In this document: positions 1 to 13,150 of the stretch, one piece after another
Layout: each line of letters starts with the position of its first letter
Numbering within the stretch: the stretch's first letter is position 1
DNA from: Tubiluchus corallicola
Taxonomy: Eukaryota > Animalia > Priapulida
Direction of reading: 5' to 3'
DNA length: 64,000 nt
Assembly: GCA_030141605.1 (NCBI GenBank)
Contig: JAQGDQ010000248.1
Location: 1 to 64,000 of the forward strand
The notes under the pieces: model-generated
Seen by the model: the letters and a program-made list of their open reading frames with translations, nothing else
The model's database searches: none
Told to the model about the DNA's origin: nothing
Program-made: the position numbers and the translations under genes

Positions 1-1153
1 ATCAGAGTATAAATTTTTTCAATACCTGAAGATTGAACTTAATTAATTACCAGTAACATCTGACAACAATTTAATATCCTTACAAAAACGAACTAATACA
101 CCTTTACACAAAATTGGTAATTGGACGAGAGCCAATAAATTGTCGGTTAATTACTGTTAAGTTTATGTTAATTAGCAATAAACTGTCACCACAAGATCAT
201 GCAGCCCTTAAAATTAAAATGTGTATTAAGCCTATAATACAAAATTAATCTATTATCTCAAAGTCACCAAAATATGACATTTTGTAATTGTTTATGATAA
301 TATTTCCTCATGTAAAAATTGTCTATTTAAACTGTAATGGCCCGTGCATATAGGGGCACACCATAGGAGCCAGTTAATGGTAGTCGCTGTTAAGTTCGAT
401 CAGTTCCTTGGCCGAGCTGGGAGTACTAACCGACTGCCCACTAAAGGAAACAGACAGTAGCTGAGCGAAGGCAGACTCTACGGGGCTCTATTTAAATAGC
501 ATGGATTCTTTTGTGGTGTGATGGATGAAAGACAAGTTTTTATCTATACCTCAAAAATCAAACTGTAACCAGTCGAATAAGTAACAAAATATTAGTTTAA
601 TGACACAATAAGAACATCAACAGTCGTGAAATTTAGCTATTTGCAAACAATGGAAATTAGTAATAAGCAAAAGTGAATCCGAAAACGCTACTATGGCATG
701 AAGTAAATGCAGTGACAAAAACATACAAAAATCATACAGTGTTCCTGACTACTTAAAGGATTCCTACTTAGACTACCAGCCACCCCTAAACGCGTATGCT
801 AGCATAATATCTTCTCCAAACGGACGTAGTTTGTAGTCATAGTCATTTAGAACGACTAAAGTATGGTTCAGACTTTATCTAATGGGTTCACGACCCCCAC
901 AGTAACGACGTAAAAATCTGAGAGAAACGTAGTTAAAGTAATAAAGTATTTAAGTAACAATTTATCGTCGGTTTGCACAACTTTCAAACTGCTACTCAAC
1001 AATTGGAATTTTTGAATTCCTATAACAGTGAACAATGCAATTCTAAAATATGAATAGTGTCATTTCAATTACGATTATTGTTGATTTCTATCCTCTTTGT
1101 TGACAAATACTACGCGTAATTATTATGCTATAGTTGAAAGTAAACAACCACGA

Positions 1154-4100
1154 ATGGCTCATAATATAGTAACTGTGTTCGTCTTATACTGCACCTCATG
1201 GCTTGTATTTGTTACTAGTGAATCAAGAGACAAGACCTCTGGAAGTCTAAAGTATAATGCAGCGTTAAATTCGAAAAACGAAGAAGAACCATACTTCAGC
1301 TCTACTCAAAGTTCTCTTAATAAAGGTTAGTCTAAAAGCCTAAACAAGATTTAACAAATTATATAATCATATTTACATCAGCTGAAACAAAATGCATTAA
1401 CTGCTCTGTAAGAGTTAGCAATGGCGTTTTTCATCAGATTTGTAATAAATCATATTTTCTCGTATTCATCTTCTGTAATTGCTCTGTGATAAAAGAGTCT
1501 TAATAACTAATCAATTTTTAGCAAAACCATTTCCATAGTTTTTGGTAATGATAATGCAAGTTCATTTTTGCAGAACAGATTTCGCCAGAATCAAGGATTA
1601 TTGGTGGAGAGGATGTCGTTGGCAGAGAATTTCCCTTCATGGTATAATTTTTGTTGTTTAAACTAAGTTTCATAAGCAAGCCTCTATTAATGGGCACAAA
1701 GTAAGTGAAAAGACACCTGACACTTTCTATACTTATACGAAAGACACGTGCAGTGCCATCATTTGACTGGATCTGCATCTTTAGCGAGTATAAGATCTCT
1801 TTCATTTAATAATAATAATATGGTGTATGTCTTGAGGCGGAATAAGGTTTTGTAATCTCTTGCTGGGACCGAGCCAGGTTTTGATAGATGGAAAACCTCA
1901 GTAAAGGCAATCCTGGTGGAAGTAGGTAAGCTTCCAACGAGGACATTAAACCAATCGTCTTCATGGATGATAACAGTGACAGGATAGACTCCAAAAACTA
2001 GAGAAGCAATCAAATAAAATATTGTTTATTGTACTAATGTTACTATAAACTAGCAAACCCGTACAAAACATTTGTGACATTGTTACATATAGGACCTATT
2101 TTTACCCGATAAACAAGGTTGTTGTCGTTCTCGTTTCTGTCACTGCCATCGTCGTCATTGTGACCACTGGCGGTACAACAGCTTTTAGTCCAAGAATGTT
2201 ACTTATCACACCATTGTTTTAGTTGGCCACATCATCTCGCCATCTGGCGACTAACGTAATAGTGATATTAAAAAAATTAGTACATGGTATTTTTTAAGGT
2301 TTCACTTGGTTATGAAGCAAAATTTATTTGTGGCGGAACAGTCCTCAACGAACGATGGGTATTGACAGCTTCTCATTGTCTGCTTGGGTAAGTATATCAC
2401 TTTTGACAACGTCCTGTTACGACAGAAGGGCGTAGTACAATGCCACAATTATCAGCAACTCATTGTTGTGTTTTTGAGTAAGTACTTTTGACAGCACGTT
2501 GTACAACAAGTTGCACAGGGCACCTAGTAGGACACTAACTGTTGGTGTTCTAAGGCATGAATCACATTTCAAACACTGTGATTCACCATGAAAAACAACC
2601 AGAGTTTGTGCACTTATTGTCCTCAGACCTTTTGTCATTGCGATATTTGAAAGATTAATTGGAAAAGAAAATTCTTAATATAATTTAAAATGCCTGCCCC
2701 CAACTGGCAAAATGTCACTAAACCACGATCCCAGTGTGCATTCCCTGTTTAGCAAAAACCCTTCATTGATCTTATTGACAATAATATAAAGTAATTTAAA
2801 TTTAATGTGCTACAAACGCTCTGGTTATGTTTTCTACTTTACGCAATATTATTACAAGTTTTATAAAGCGTTGCAGCCAATGAAAGTCCTACTTGCAATA
2901 AGACAGCATGTAAGTGATACAAATATTCAAACTTTTTATGCTCTACTTATGAAAAGCGTTCTTTTGTCTTACAAACCTCCAAGCCTGGCCAAGATAAATT
3001 TACTCTTATCTAATCAAGCTGAACAATACAAGAATAAGGATATTGCCAAGTAAAGTAAATTAAATTTTGCTTAAAATCAAATCAATCAATAAATAAATAA
3101 ACAGATACTAAAATAGATCAATATTAAGTGCAGTAAACAGTTTAGAATTATTTTCTAGCAAAACAACAGGTCCACACTTTGAAGTTTACATGGGAAGCAA
3201 CATCTATGACGACCCGAAGGTGTGGCGCTTTGTAAGTTTACATGAAGTTTTTTAAATTTACATACATGCGTTCATATTTACATAAAGTTTTTATGTTTAT
3301 AATTATTATAGTTGCATAGTTACGTATGTGTAATTCTTGTGGTTACAAATATGATTATTGAAGCTACTGTTTAGTAACTTTATACGGCTGCTCTTTTGAA
3401 ATGTATATAATCATTTGACTTAGTTGGTTATACAAAATCAATTCAAATTTCCTGTCTTGCTAGTAAAACGAAAATCCGTAATAACTTCATGCATATTTTG
3501 CTTAATTAGTCTGGAATGCGAAGCATTGACTTATTGAGTTTTTCTGCCCAACTGCCTGTACATGTCGTTGAGAACATCATTTAGCGATGCTATGGAATCC
3601 ATTTCACGAATATTTAGAACTCCATTTGGCATTGCAATGGAATCAGTTTTATAGTAAAAATTTATAATACGAAGTTACTTCATAATGACACCATTCACGA
3701 CGAAAAATATCTGTGAATAAGGTTACATGGCAATCGAGTAATCCAAAACTTCGTTAACCGCTTTGATTAGAAACCTATTTAGATCTGCTTGTGAAAAATA
3801 CATAGCAGATAATACTGGTTTGTAGATCTCTGGAAGAAATATCCGAAAGTAATGTCAGCAATTATATGTAATTTAGAGTGTCTTTCAGCAACTATAGCAG
3901 ATGCTACAACAATATGAAACAAACAAGCAGGAAAACGAATAGACAAATAAACAAGCAAGCAAACAAACAAGCACACTGCCTAAGACATGCAAATGAATTT
4001 ACACTGACGCATAATCTTAATAGCCGACTAAGACGCCAATAAAGAGTCAGTTATTGCAGAAATTATGAAGCAAGAGCGCATGCGCCATAACTTTTGATAG

Positions 4101-6973
4101 TGATGAGGTGACATGAGTCGAACTGTTCTCGCAAACTGCGTTCATGATGAAGTTTAATAAACAATAAATATATCAAAAACTTTATCAATTTTGGTATGTT
4201 GGTTCAGTACGAGCTTCGTCAAGTAGTGCCGAAGCCCAGGAGAAAATGGCGGTTATGATTCAATTGTCAATGCAGAGTTGTGAATAAAAAACACACAGTT
4301 TAATTTTGATTTTTGTGATCGTTAATGCTCCTTGAGTGTTCTGCAAAATTATGGTAACTGTCACACATTTAAACAAACGTTCCTGAATTGTGAATTGTTC
4401 CCATTCTTGAATTAACAACCAATTGTGCCTTATCTTGAATTAACAACTAATTGTCCTTAATCTTGAATCAATTTTAGGTCGGCTAATTAATGGTGTTCTG
4501 CCCAGACGTAGTCTTTATTTTGGTACCCCATGTGTCGCTGCTTTTGCCCAAGATATCGAACTAACTGCTGCATTCACGCATGAGGTTGCCACACCGTCAT
4601 GAACTAAAGTCAGGCGTCAAGAGCTAGGAAGCTCCCCCGTGGAACCCGGGAGGGGGAGCACCAGTTTTTATAAGTTTTTTCAGAAACTAAAATCAAGAAA
4701 TTCAAACTAAAAAGTAGTAAAAAATATTGATTGTAGGCTCCAAAAATCCCTAAATGTCTAAAACTTAGAAAAGTACAAGCAGTGTACATTTTTTGGAGTT
4801 TCTTCTCTCTCACATTACTCACATTTTTAGGCTGCTGGGATGGGATCGGTTTAGCAATCAAATTATTAAGCACTTTATGTTCTACGAATTAAAGCTAAAG
4901 CAGGCCTAATCAGCAGTGGTGGCAACCCTATTCACACGTGATACGTTATAATGCCTTACTTGAACTTAATTAGCTTTCGTATTGTTGCTTTATGCAGGTG
5001 GATGCTATCAAGGTGCATCCTGACTTCGCGAATGATTCGACCAGAGGTAAAGAAAATGACATTGGCCTCATTAGAATGAACAGCCCCATCGAGTTTGATA
5101 AAGACGTTCAACCTACGTTACTACCACGTTGTCATGAGAATCACTACAGTAATGAAACAGTTATAATAGCAGGATGGGGCACTCGAGATCCCGGTAATTT
5201 ACAGGTTAATGAAAGAAGAAAAGAATATTTCGACTATATGGGATAGCTAGCTTTATGACTGCTTGTTGTCAGTAGTCGCCATTTATGCATGAAATAGTTC
5301 CCCCCATTTAAGGATAACTTTAATTTGTGTCACAGGAAGCCGAAAAAGATGTTACATTTTCTCTCATTATTGTTGCTTTTCTCAATTTCATGCTGCTTCC
5401 ATATGTACAATAATAGAAACTTGCCTGGAATTGCAAAAGTTATAGTTATGCATAATTTAGAATGTTTGGTGTAGTATGTTTATTTAATTTTTTGGAAGGC
5501 CTGCTGATTTGTGATTAACGGATAAAATATTTCATCAGATTTTTATCAAAAAAGTTGTGCCAGAACATCTTTTGCTTTAAGAAACGATTTTTGTCGCATT
5601 TTTTGAACGTCTTGCAAAGTTGCACAATTTTTGATACAGAATTAGGCTGTACGGATCAAAAATCTCACCTTTGAGAAATAATAATTTGTATTTAATTCTT
5701 AGACAAAAACTCACATTGTTCATTACGTAGCCCCAAACAGCTAGCCCGTAAAATATTTTAAAATAATTAACGAGTCTGTTCGTTTAAAACAATTAAAGCT
5801 ATTTACGAGTCTATTCTGATCTTCAGTCTTAACGAGCTGCCACCTGCCGGTCGTGTGCCAACTCATCTACTGCCTTGGGAAAAAGTAAATAAGGGGTTCT
5901 TTTTTCAAAATTAGATTTGGATGATACGCCAAAGAACTTACAAAAAGTGACATTGTCAATTAGCACTTTGGGGGATTGTCAACACTATGATGAGATTTTC
6001 ACAATTTGCGCATATAAGCCAGGACGGAGCGCTTGTTTTGTAAGTATAGTAAAACTACTTTATTGAAAAAGTATTAATGGCAGCTAGCCCTATATAAATA
6101 CTTCACTGCAAGGTTATAAGCAAATATGTACTTAAAAAATTGAACACTGAATAAAATACATCACTTACCCAATACAACAATGGTTAAGAAAAATCACTTA
6201 TTAAAAATAAATAAAATTGATATTTAAACTGTTCAACGTAAGACGAATGTCAAAAAAACTTTATACTCTGAAAAAGCTGATATCCTGGTTATAGACAGAA
6301 ATCGAAAAACGTCTAAAATGGTTTGAAGTGAGTATCATCGAGAGAATCAACTGGTTTAATTGGAGCAGGTTTAACCCATTTCGGCACTTTTTCATGAAAA
6401 TGACGTAAGACAAAGCAATGGCTAATCTGGATGTATTATTGCAGAAATTTTCAATTTCTTTTAGCTAATAACTAGGCAATTATAGAATGTTTTGAGATTT
6501 TGTTCATTATTACGTGACATTTGAAATTATATGTTTATATATTATACATCTATAATAGAGTATTATTCGTTAAAACCAATAAAGAAAGGCCTGTTTGGCA
6601 AAATCGTGCAGCACAAATTAACTATTTCACAATGACGTGAACTTTGGCAATAACGTAGTTTATTTATTGTGTTTTATTACATTTCGTGCATTCACAGGGT
6701 GACTCAGGTGGTCCATTGATACTGAAAGCAACAGGCGAACAAATTGGAGTTATGACTAATGTTGGCCAGGCTGGGTGCAATACTGTCACTCTATGTGTAA
6801 AAGTTTCTTATTATCTAGACTGGATTGAGGACGAACAGTTTTATTATGAAAGTTCAAGGGTTAGGCCAAGTCTGTATGGTGCAGCTTCAAAATGTTACCT
6901 GACTTTATTTACAATAATTACCGTTGTAGCGTCTGTACGTTTCGGTTTGTGGGCAGGTACAGAGTTAAAGTAA
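1154..6973 (+). CDS. S1A (trypsin-fold) serine protease, copy 1; 7 exons, ~332 aa, secreted and probably GPI- or TM-anchored
   Basis: Exons 1154-1325, 1574-1641, 2299-2387, 3159-3231, 4998-5193, 5915-6039, 6698-6973; all introns GT-AG with compatible phases (1,0,2,0,1,0); 999 nt total. Signal peptide MAHNIVTVFVLYCTSWLVFVTS, activation site SPESR|IIGG, CGG, TASHC (His57), NDIGLI (Asp102), GWG, SACF-GDSGGP (Ser195), C-tail YLTLFTIITVVASVRFGLWAG. Confidence 0.93.
4405..4470. repeat. ~28-bp minisatellite (tcttgaattaacaactaattgtcctta), about 2.5 copies; also at ~16457 and ~34096
   Basis: Read directly from the sequence. Confidence 0.7.
4581..4930. mobile_element. hAT-like MITE in protease intron 4 (also 16632-16986 and 34271-34625)
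   Basis: Terminal inverted repeats tgaggttgccac / gtggcaacccta (TAGGGTTGCCA type); degenerate 8-bp flanks ttcacgca / ttcacacg. Confidence 0.6.
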
Positions 6974-8320
6974 AGCTATTCCACATATTAAATTGGCTAT
7001 GTAAATTTATGTTGGAATAATTGCAATGTTCACTGGCAAATCTGTGTTTTCAAAATCTCTTCAAAATAGTTCTAAACCATCCATTGAGGTATGTGTGTAC
7101 CTTGATTATCGTACTCCCGTTTGCATTAGCAGAATTTCCAAACAAACAATGAGTGATTTCAATGATAAATTTACTGTTAACCTTACTACCAGTGATGTAA
7201 CGGTTTTATTTTTGAATTAAAAGGAGACATACAGATGTATTTTTCATATTTAAATTCATTGTATCCTGATGAGCCTGTATCCCAAGAAGAAATTGATGGC
7301 ATTTTTTTATTGTGTTTGGAGGTCTAAGAAGCGGTATTTTAATAACTACCATCTTCGTTCAGGAAGCCAATTAATGTTGAAGTAAAAAAGAAATGAAAAT
7401 AAGTGATGTACAATCCTTGAAACGTTATTTCCAATGGCAGGGCAGAAGTACCTATCAAGCGAAAGATCTCAATATACAGTTTTGACGGAACATCATATAA
7501 AAAACGTCCTCGTGGGTATGGGTGAGGCCTAGGAGGGAAATGTATAACTTCATAAAGAGGAGAGATAGGGCTACACAACGATGTGGGTCTCAGAGGCGCC
7601 TCGTTACTAAAATTAGTGGGGGAGCTGCTTCAGAAAATTTTTAGCCATTGTTTTAATGCTGTGCAAAACGAAACGAAACAAACAAACGAAACAAACGTAA
7701 TTTTTCATGTTGTAATTTTAATTTAGACATAAACTTGATGAAATTCTTAATAAAATTATTTTTGCTTACTAATAGCCTAGATTGTCGCAGTTCAAGCACC
7801 TGCAATTTCTCCACGACATTTAAGCCTACGTATATTAGGCCTATATATTAAGATAATCAAACTGCATTCACGTTCCAAGGAACAGACTAACTTTAGTGAC
7901 TAAACTTAGGCCTACATTTATCAGTGTTGTATTTTCAGCATAAGTATTATCCATATGTAGATGTCATATCTATGTATATTAAATATTTAAAGCCAGCTCA
8001 AGAAATGATTGAACGATTGATTAACTCAATGTTCATCTATGTTTAAACCTTACTGTAAGTTCAAATAAAATTTAAACATAATGTTTGTTTCTGAGATATT
8101 TTTATTTGATTTATTGTATCAGTAATATTTACCTAATTTCCATACATATGACATATCATCTGTTACTTTTGTATTGTGGATTATATATTTATTTAGTCTA
8201 TAATATCAATAATATCCAAAACAAACATTTATTACTGGAATATGAGGTTCGTGTTTTTGTTCTTCTTACATTTGCTAATATGTTCTTCATTCATACTGAT
8301 ATGAGTATCAAAGACACCTA

Positions 8321-9014
8321 TGTGAAAAATGCTCACTTTTTCAGAAGTTTGTTGGAGAGGCATCGGCCTGGTTCTTAATTTGTTGATCAGAATTAAACAA
8401 ATACGTGGGAATGTATATAGTCTAGTTTGTTTTTATAGAAAAAGGTGCATAACGCTTAAGTTTACGAGTTGTTCATTAAAATGATTTGCTGCTATTGAAA
8501 TATATAATTTAGATTAATTCTTGACTTTTAATAAAAACTGCGCAACTATTTGTTTAAAAGAGTGGCCACCCAAATATAATTTATTCAACTTACATGATTT
8601 GGCGCATTTACATTGTTACTTTCTATCACAGCAGTAAAACTAATTATAGATAATTATTCACTTTCACATAGGTAGTACAACAAACACAGAGTACCAATCC
8701 TAGATATATAACGCGCAAGTCAGCACATAACTAAATAAAAAAACTATTGAAGAGAGGAAAAAAATAACCTAACAAATTAGGTTCATATGACGTTTGCTTG
8801 TAAGAATAGCAAGCGTCAAATGGTCACCTGTACAAGGGTGACGAAGGAATTTATAACTTTAGAATGAAGCCCCTATAAATAATTCAAGGTTAACCTAATT
8901 GAACGACTCTAGGTAGATTTGCAAACGTTGTAGAAACCGGAATAAACTAGTTTGCGACACTGTAAATGAAAGGTCTAACAGCAGAGTAGAACTCAATCAC
9001 GGGAATCCGTGACA
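8321..9014. mobile_element. Solo LTR (694 bp), apparently a different family from the 1202-bp LTRs; unit 1 only
   Basis: Starts TGTGA and ends TGACA, flanked by a perfect 5-bp TSD accta (8316-8320, 9015-9019); empty site agacacctaaagcag at ~38011 and a similar site at ~19583. Confidence 0.82.
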
Positions 9015-10032
9015 ACCTATAGCAGTTTCGGGATTAAAAGAGTAAGTTGTAAATCACAGAATGGCTTCTTGACTTCTTCATCAGTCCAATACGTTTATTT
9101 AAGAACATTTCTTTGGTTCTCTATTAGCAGTACGGGCACACAACACAGTAGCGAAACAATTCACTGGTTTAGAGCCTGCAGAGTATCTGTGAACAGTTAG
9201 TACAAGCGTTCCTCTGTTCCCTAACAATTTGTCTTTAGTCTTTCCTGCAAGCACTTGCCTAGCTTCAGTATACTCAACTGACATGCTGGTACTGATGTTG
9301 CAACTTATAAAGAAGTTACAAACTCAGTAAAGTTCAAGTTCTGCTTTTCAATAGAAGTAAACTGACGGCAAAGAATGCATAAAATGCGGGTTAGTCAAAC
9401 AAATTATTTAATAAAAGCTCAAGTGGGCACACTCATGCTTAACAATATTAACAGTGATACTGTTATATGGATAATATTGACAACAATACTGTGCAATATT
9501 GAATGGTGCGCAATATTAATGGACCTTTGTAGACGATATTGAAAATTGCACAATATTGCATTCATGTATCGCGTGTGGTGGAAGGAAACAGTCGCGTAAT
9601 ACTGTGGAATATTGACCTATTGTAGATTGCCGATATTATTGCGCATGTGTATACTTCCTTTAAAGATACAACATATTTGAAAATATTGCTAAATTATTTC
9701 ATTTTTTAACTCTTCATTCGTTTATTTTTGTTTATTTTTCAAGATTCCGGAAAAATCATTTGACAAAGACATTATAATGCGCACGTTAGTCAAACTGAGT
9801 TAAGTATCTAATTATGGAATTCTTCTCTCGCTCATACTATTAGCTGCCACATCTGACAATGCCTAATATTTATTTAATTTGATCCAATTATTTCCTCCAC
9901 CTTTCATGTTTCTCGTCTTTTCTCAACTTTCTCCACGTCACCTCACACGAATACTACACCTTTCCTACACTTAATTCTGCAAGCTGTACAACTGTAAAAG
10001 AGTGGAAGCATCCACAAATGTTAGCCATATAC

Positions 10033-10277
10033 TTATAGGCCTACAGTGAGAAAAATTCCAAATAAACAGAGGCAAGCATTCAGAATTTTTAAAACTTGAA
10101 CAGCGCTAGAGTGAATGACAGGAAGTTGATTGGCTGGATTCTCAGGATCACAAAACAGTGACAGTGGCATTTCGTCCGAGTCATGTCTATAACTTGGTAC
10201 TTCACAATCAAATACTGAAGCAACCCGCCATTCCGACTTCAACCATTTCATGCTACAGTTACAGTGCAGGGGGCTAG
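10033..10277 (-). pseudogene. Orphan terminal exon (LRRCT plus hydrophobic tail) of the LRR gene; exons 1-4 deleted in unit 1
   Basis: 245-nt exon homologous to 20616-20860 and 39045-39289. At ~10735, intron-4 sequence (acaagattatacttaa) joins directly to sequence found upstream of the LRR ATG in the other units (tctaaatttaaattt at ~28110 and ~50721). Confidence 0.85.
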
Positions 10278-10519
10278 CTGAAAAATGTGAAATTAAATGT
10301 TCAAGTAGTTTATTTCTTCATCAACAATGTGCAAAACATTTAATTTGCAAAATTTCAGCATTACTTTCTGACTTTTTATCACCACCTCTCAAGTTCTGTC
10401 AACATATTGACTAATGACGACTAATTAAATAGAGATTATGACGCCGGGCTTTACTTTCTTACTGGTTCTCTGTTCTTTATTTAAACCACTATTACTTCAA
10501 CAATTCCCAAACTAGTACT

Positions 10520-10646
10520 CCTAGCCGAGCGGTGAGGTAGTAGTATACAGATGTTAGTAGTTTAGAAACTGAATCAGTTTCTCATAGGTACCTTTACAGG
10601 GCGTACCTTGAGACAAAAGATGTGGGTTCGAATCACGAGTGGGATC
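10520..10646 (+). other. tRNA-derived (Pol III A/B box) element, SINE head or tRNA pseudogene; also ~21102-21229 and ~39531-39658
   Basis: A-box-like TAGCCGAGCGG and B-box GGTTCGAATC about 90 nt apart; I could not fold a clean cloverleaf. Confidence 0.45.
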
Positions 10647-13150
10647 TTAAGTGTCGGTCTTGAGTTGCTGTTATTGTGTTTAGCTAACAAAGTGTGAACT
10701 ATTCATAACAATCTCAGGCAACAAGATTATACTTAAATCTAAATTTAAATTTATATTGCGTTTTCATCATATTTTTGTAAGTCTTTCATAGTGCTGCCAC
10801 CTTCAGGCATTCTTGTTAAAATTGTTAAATCTTGCCCTTCTTGTCCTTTACTGTTTTAAATTTCATTGGCTTCTATAGCCTTCATCTTTGCAGAATTTCT
10901 AAACCTGTTTTCACACCTGAACTGATTTCACCTGTAATTTTGGTCAATCATTTTGTGCCTTTCAACTTCACACTACTTCACTGATTCCACACTACTTCCG
11001 AATAAAATCTTAAAACTAAATTTTAACGTTTTTTTGTTTTTTTTCCAGTTAATTATCATAATCATTATTGCTGCTACTGTTACTGTTACTGGTATTGCTT
11101 GTACTGCTTGAACTTAGTCGAAAGCTTGAATGCAGTATGACAAAAAGAGGAGAAACATAGAATTATTTGTTTATTCTCTTAAGAATAAATGATTTCTCAC
11201 GAAAGTGAGTAATAGTTTAGCGACAGTTATTTTTACGCTAAAGCAAATAACATAATTTTTACAATTTTTATAATAAGACGTCGACACGACCAATTCAAGG
11301 CGAACTTATCGACAAAATTTGTAGCACTAATACCCAAGTACTAACCCTTAAATTACTAACTAACTTGTGACACCATTAAGTACTAATCTGTAAGTTCCTG
11401 AGTAATAAGTACAAACATTTCTGCTATTTTTCTTTAGTTTCAGTTCGTTAATTTTATATTTTTCATATATCAGACAATATCAAATTTTCTTTTAAAATCA
11501 GCATTCCGTAAGCATGACAAACCTGTGAACTCCTCAAAACAATGAAGGCAGTGCTAGCATTGTTTTCACGTTCATTCCATTAAGAAAGGAGTTCCACAAT
11601 TCTAACTCTACTGTTTAATGAGGTTGGCAACATAAACAGAAAAAACTGTGGCATAATAAATTCTTATTCTTCAGTCTGTAAAGCCGGTAAAGATCAGCAG
11701 GTGATGACTTGAAAAATTTTGCAGCTACCCATTGTTGTGAAACATCTCTTGCAATAATGTGGTTTTTGCTTGCCCATAGATGCGATTCCAAGTCTTGAAC
11801 ATTAAGTTTGCTAAACTTTCTCTTGGTTTTCATTGAAACATGCGGATTTTGAATATTCTATCCAAACAATTCTGGTCAAACTTCGCCAAGCGTTTGTGAC
11901 TCACTCGTCTAGTCATTAACAATATACTTAATCTCTCGTACTTATGGAAAAGCATTTGTTAAAGACATCATAAAAGTGTCAACTTTACTTGTGAGTCAAT
12001 CAGAGTATAAATTTCTTCAATACCTGAAGATTGAACTTAATTAATTACCAGTAACATCTGACAACAATTTAATCTCCTTACAAAACCGAACTAATACACA
12101 TTTACACAAAATTGGTAATTGGATGAGAGCCAATAAATTGTCGGTTAATTACTGTTAAGTTTATGTTAATTAGCAATAAACTGTCACCACAAGATCATGC
12201 AGCCCTTAAAATTAAAACGTGTATTAAGCCTATAATACAAAATTAATCTATTATCTCAAAGTCACCAAAAATATGATATTTTGTAATTGTTTGTGATAAT
12301 ATTTCCTCATGCAAAAATTGTCTATTTATACTGTAATGGCCCGTGCATATAGGGGCAGACCACAGGGGCCAATTAATGGTAGTCGCTGTTAAGTTCGATC
12401 AGTTCCTTGGCCGAGCTCGGAGTACAAACCGACTGCCCACTAACAGACAGTAGCTGAGTGAAGGCAGACTCTACGGGGACTCTATTTAAATAGCATGGAT
12501 TCTTTTGTGGTGTGATGGATTAAAGACAAGTTTTCATCTATACCCCAAAAAATCAAACTGTAACCAGTCGAATAAGTAACAAAATATTAAGTTTAATGAC
12601 ACAATAAGAACATCAACAGTCGTGAAATTTAGCTATTTGCAAACAATGGAAATTAGTAATAAGCAAAAGTGAATCTGAAAACGCTACTATGGCATGAAGC
12701 AAATGCAGTGATAAAAACATACAAAAATCATACAGTGTTCCTGACTACTTAAAGGATTCCTACTTAGACTACCAGCCAACCCTAAATGCGTATGCTAGCA
12801 TAATATCTTCTCCGGACGGATGCAGTTTGTAGTCATAGTCCTTTAGAACGACTAAGGTATGGTTCAGACTTCATCTAATGGGTTCACGACCCCCACAGTA
12901 ACGACCTAAAAAGTCTGAGAGAAACATAGTTAAAGTAATAAAGTATTTAAGTAATAATTTATCGTCGGTTTGCACAATTTTCAAACTGCTACCCAACAAT
13001 TAGAATTTTTGAATTCATGTAACAGTGAACAATGCAATTCTAAAATATGAATAGTGTCATTTCAATAACGATTATTGTTGATTTCTATCCTCTTTGTCGA
13101 CAGATACTACGCGTAATTATTATGCTATAGTTGAAAGTAAACAACCACGA

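Larger units (their letters stand above)
1..11998. repeat. Tandem segmental unit 1 (protease plus LRR remnant), 11,998 bp
   Basis: The unit-start sequence atcagagtat...aatacctgaagattgaac recurs at 11999, 29365 and 59854 with collinear downstream homology. Confidence 0.9.

Noticed and set aside
2237-2250. Palindrome TCGCCATCTGGCGA resembling a CTCF-type motif in protease intron 2
   Set aside because: A single short motif in probably repeat-derived intron sequence; no independent support.
4405-4470. Short direct repeats as a CRISPR array
   Set aside because: No unique spacers, fewer than three copies, eukaryotic intron, no cas genes.
1518-4873. Short ORFs recurring in every unit (e.g. 1759-2013, 2417-2638, 2805-3053, 3779-3976, 11615-11833)
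   Set aside because: They lie in introns or intergenic DNA, show no recognisable motifs, recur only because the unit is duplicated, and some are broken in other copies (e.g. the 2805 ORF has a stop in unit 3).
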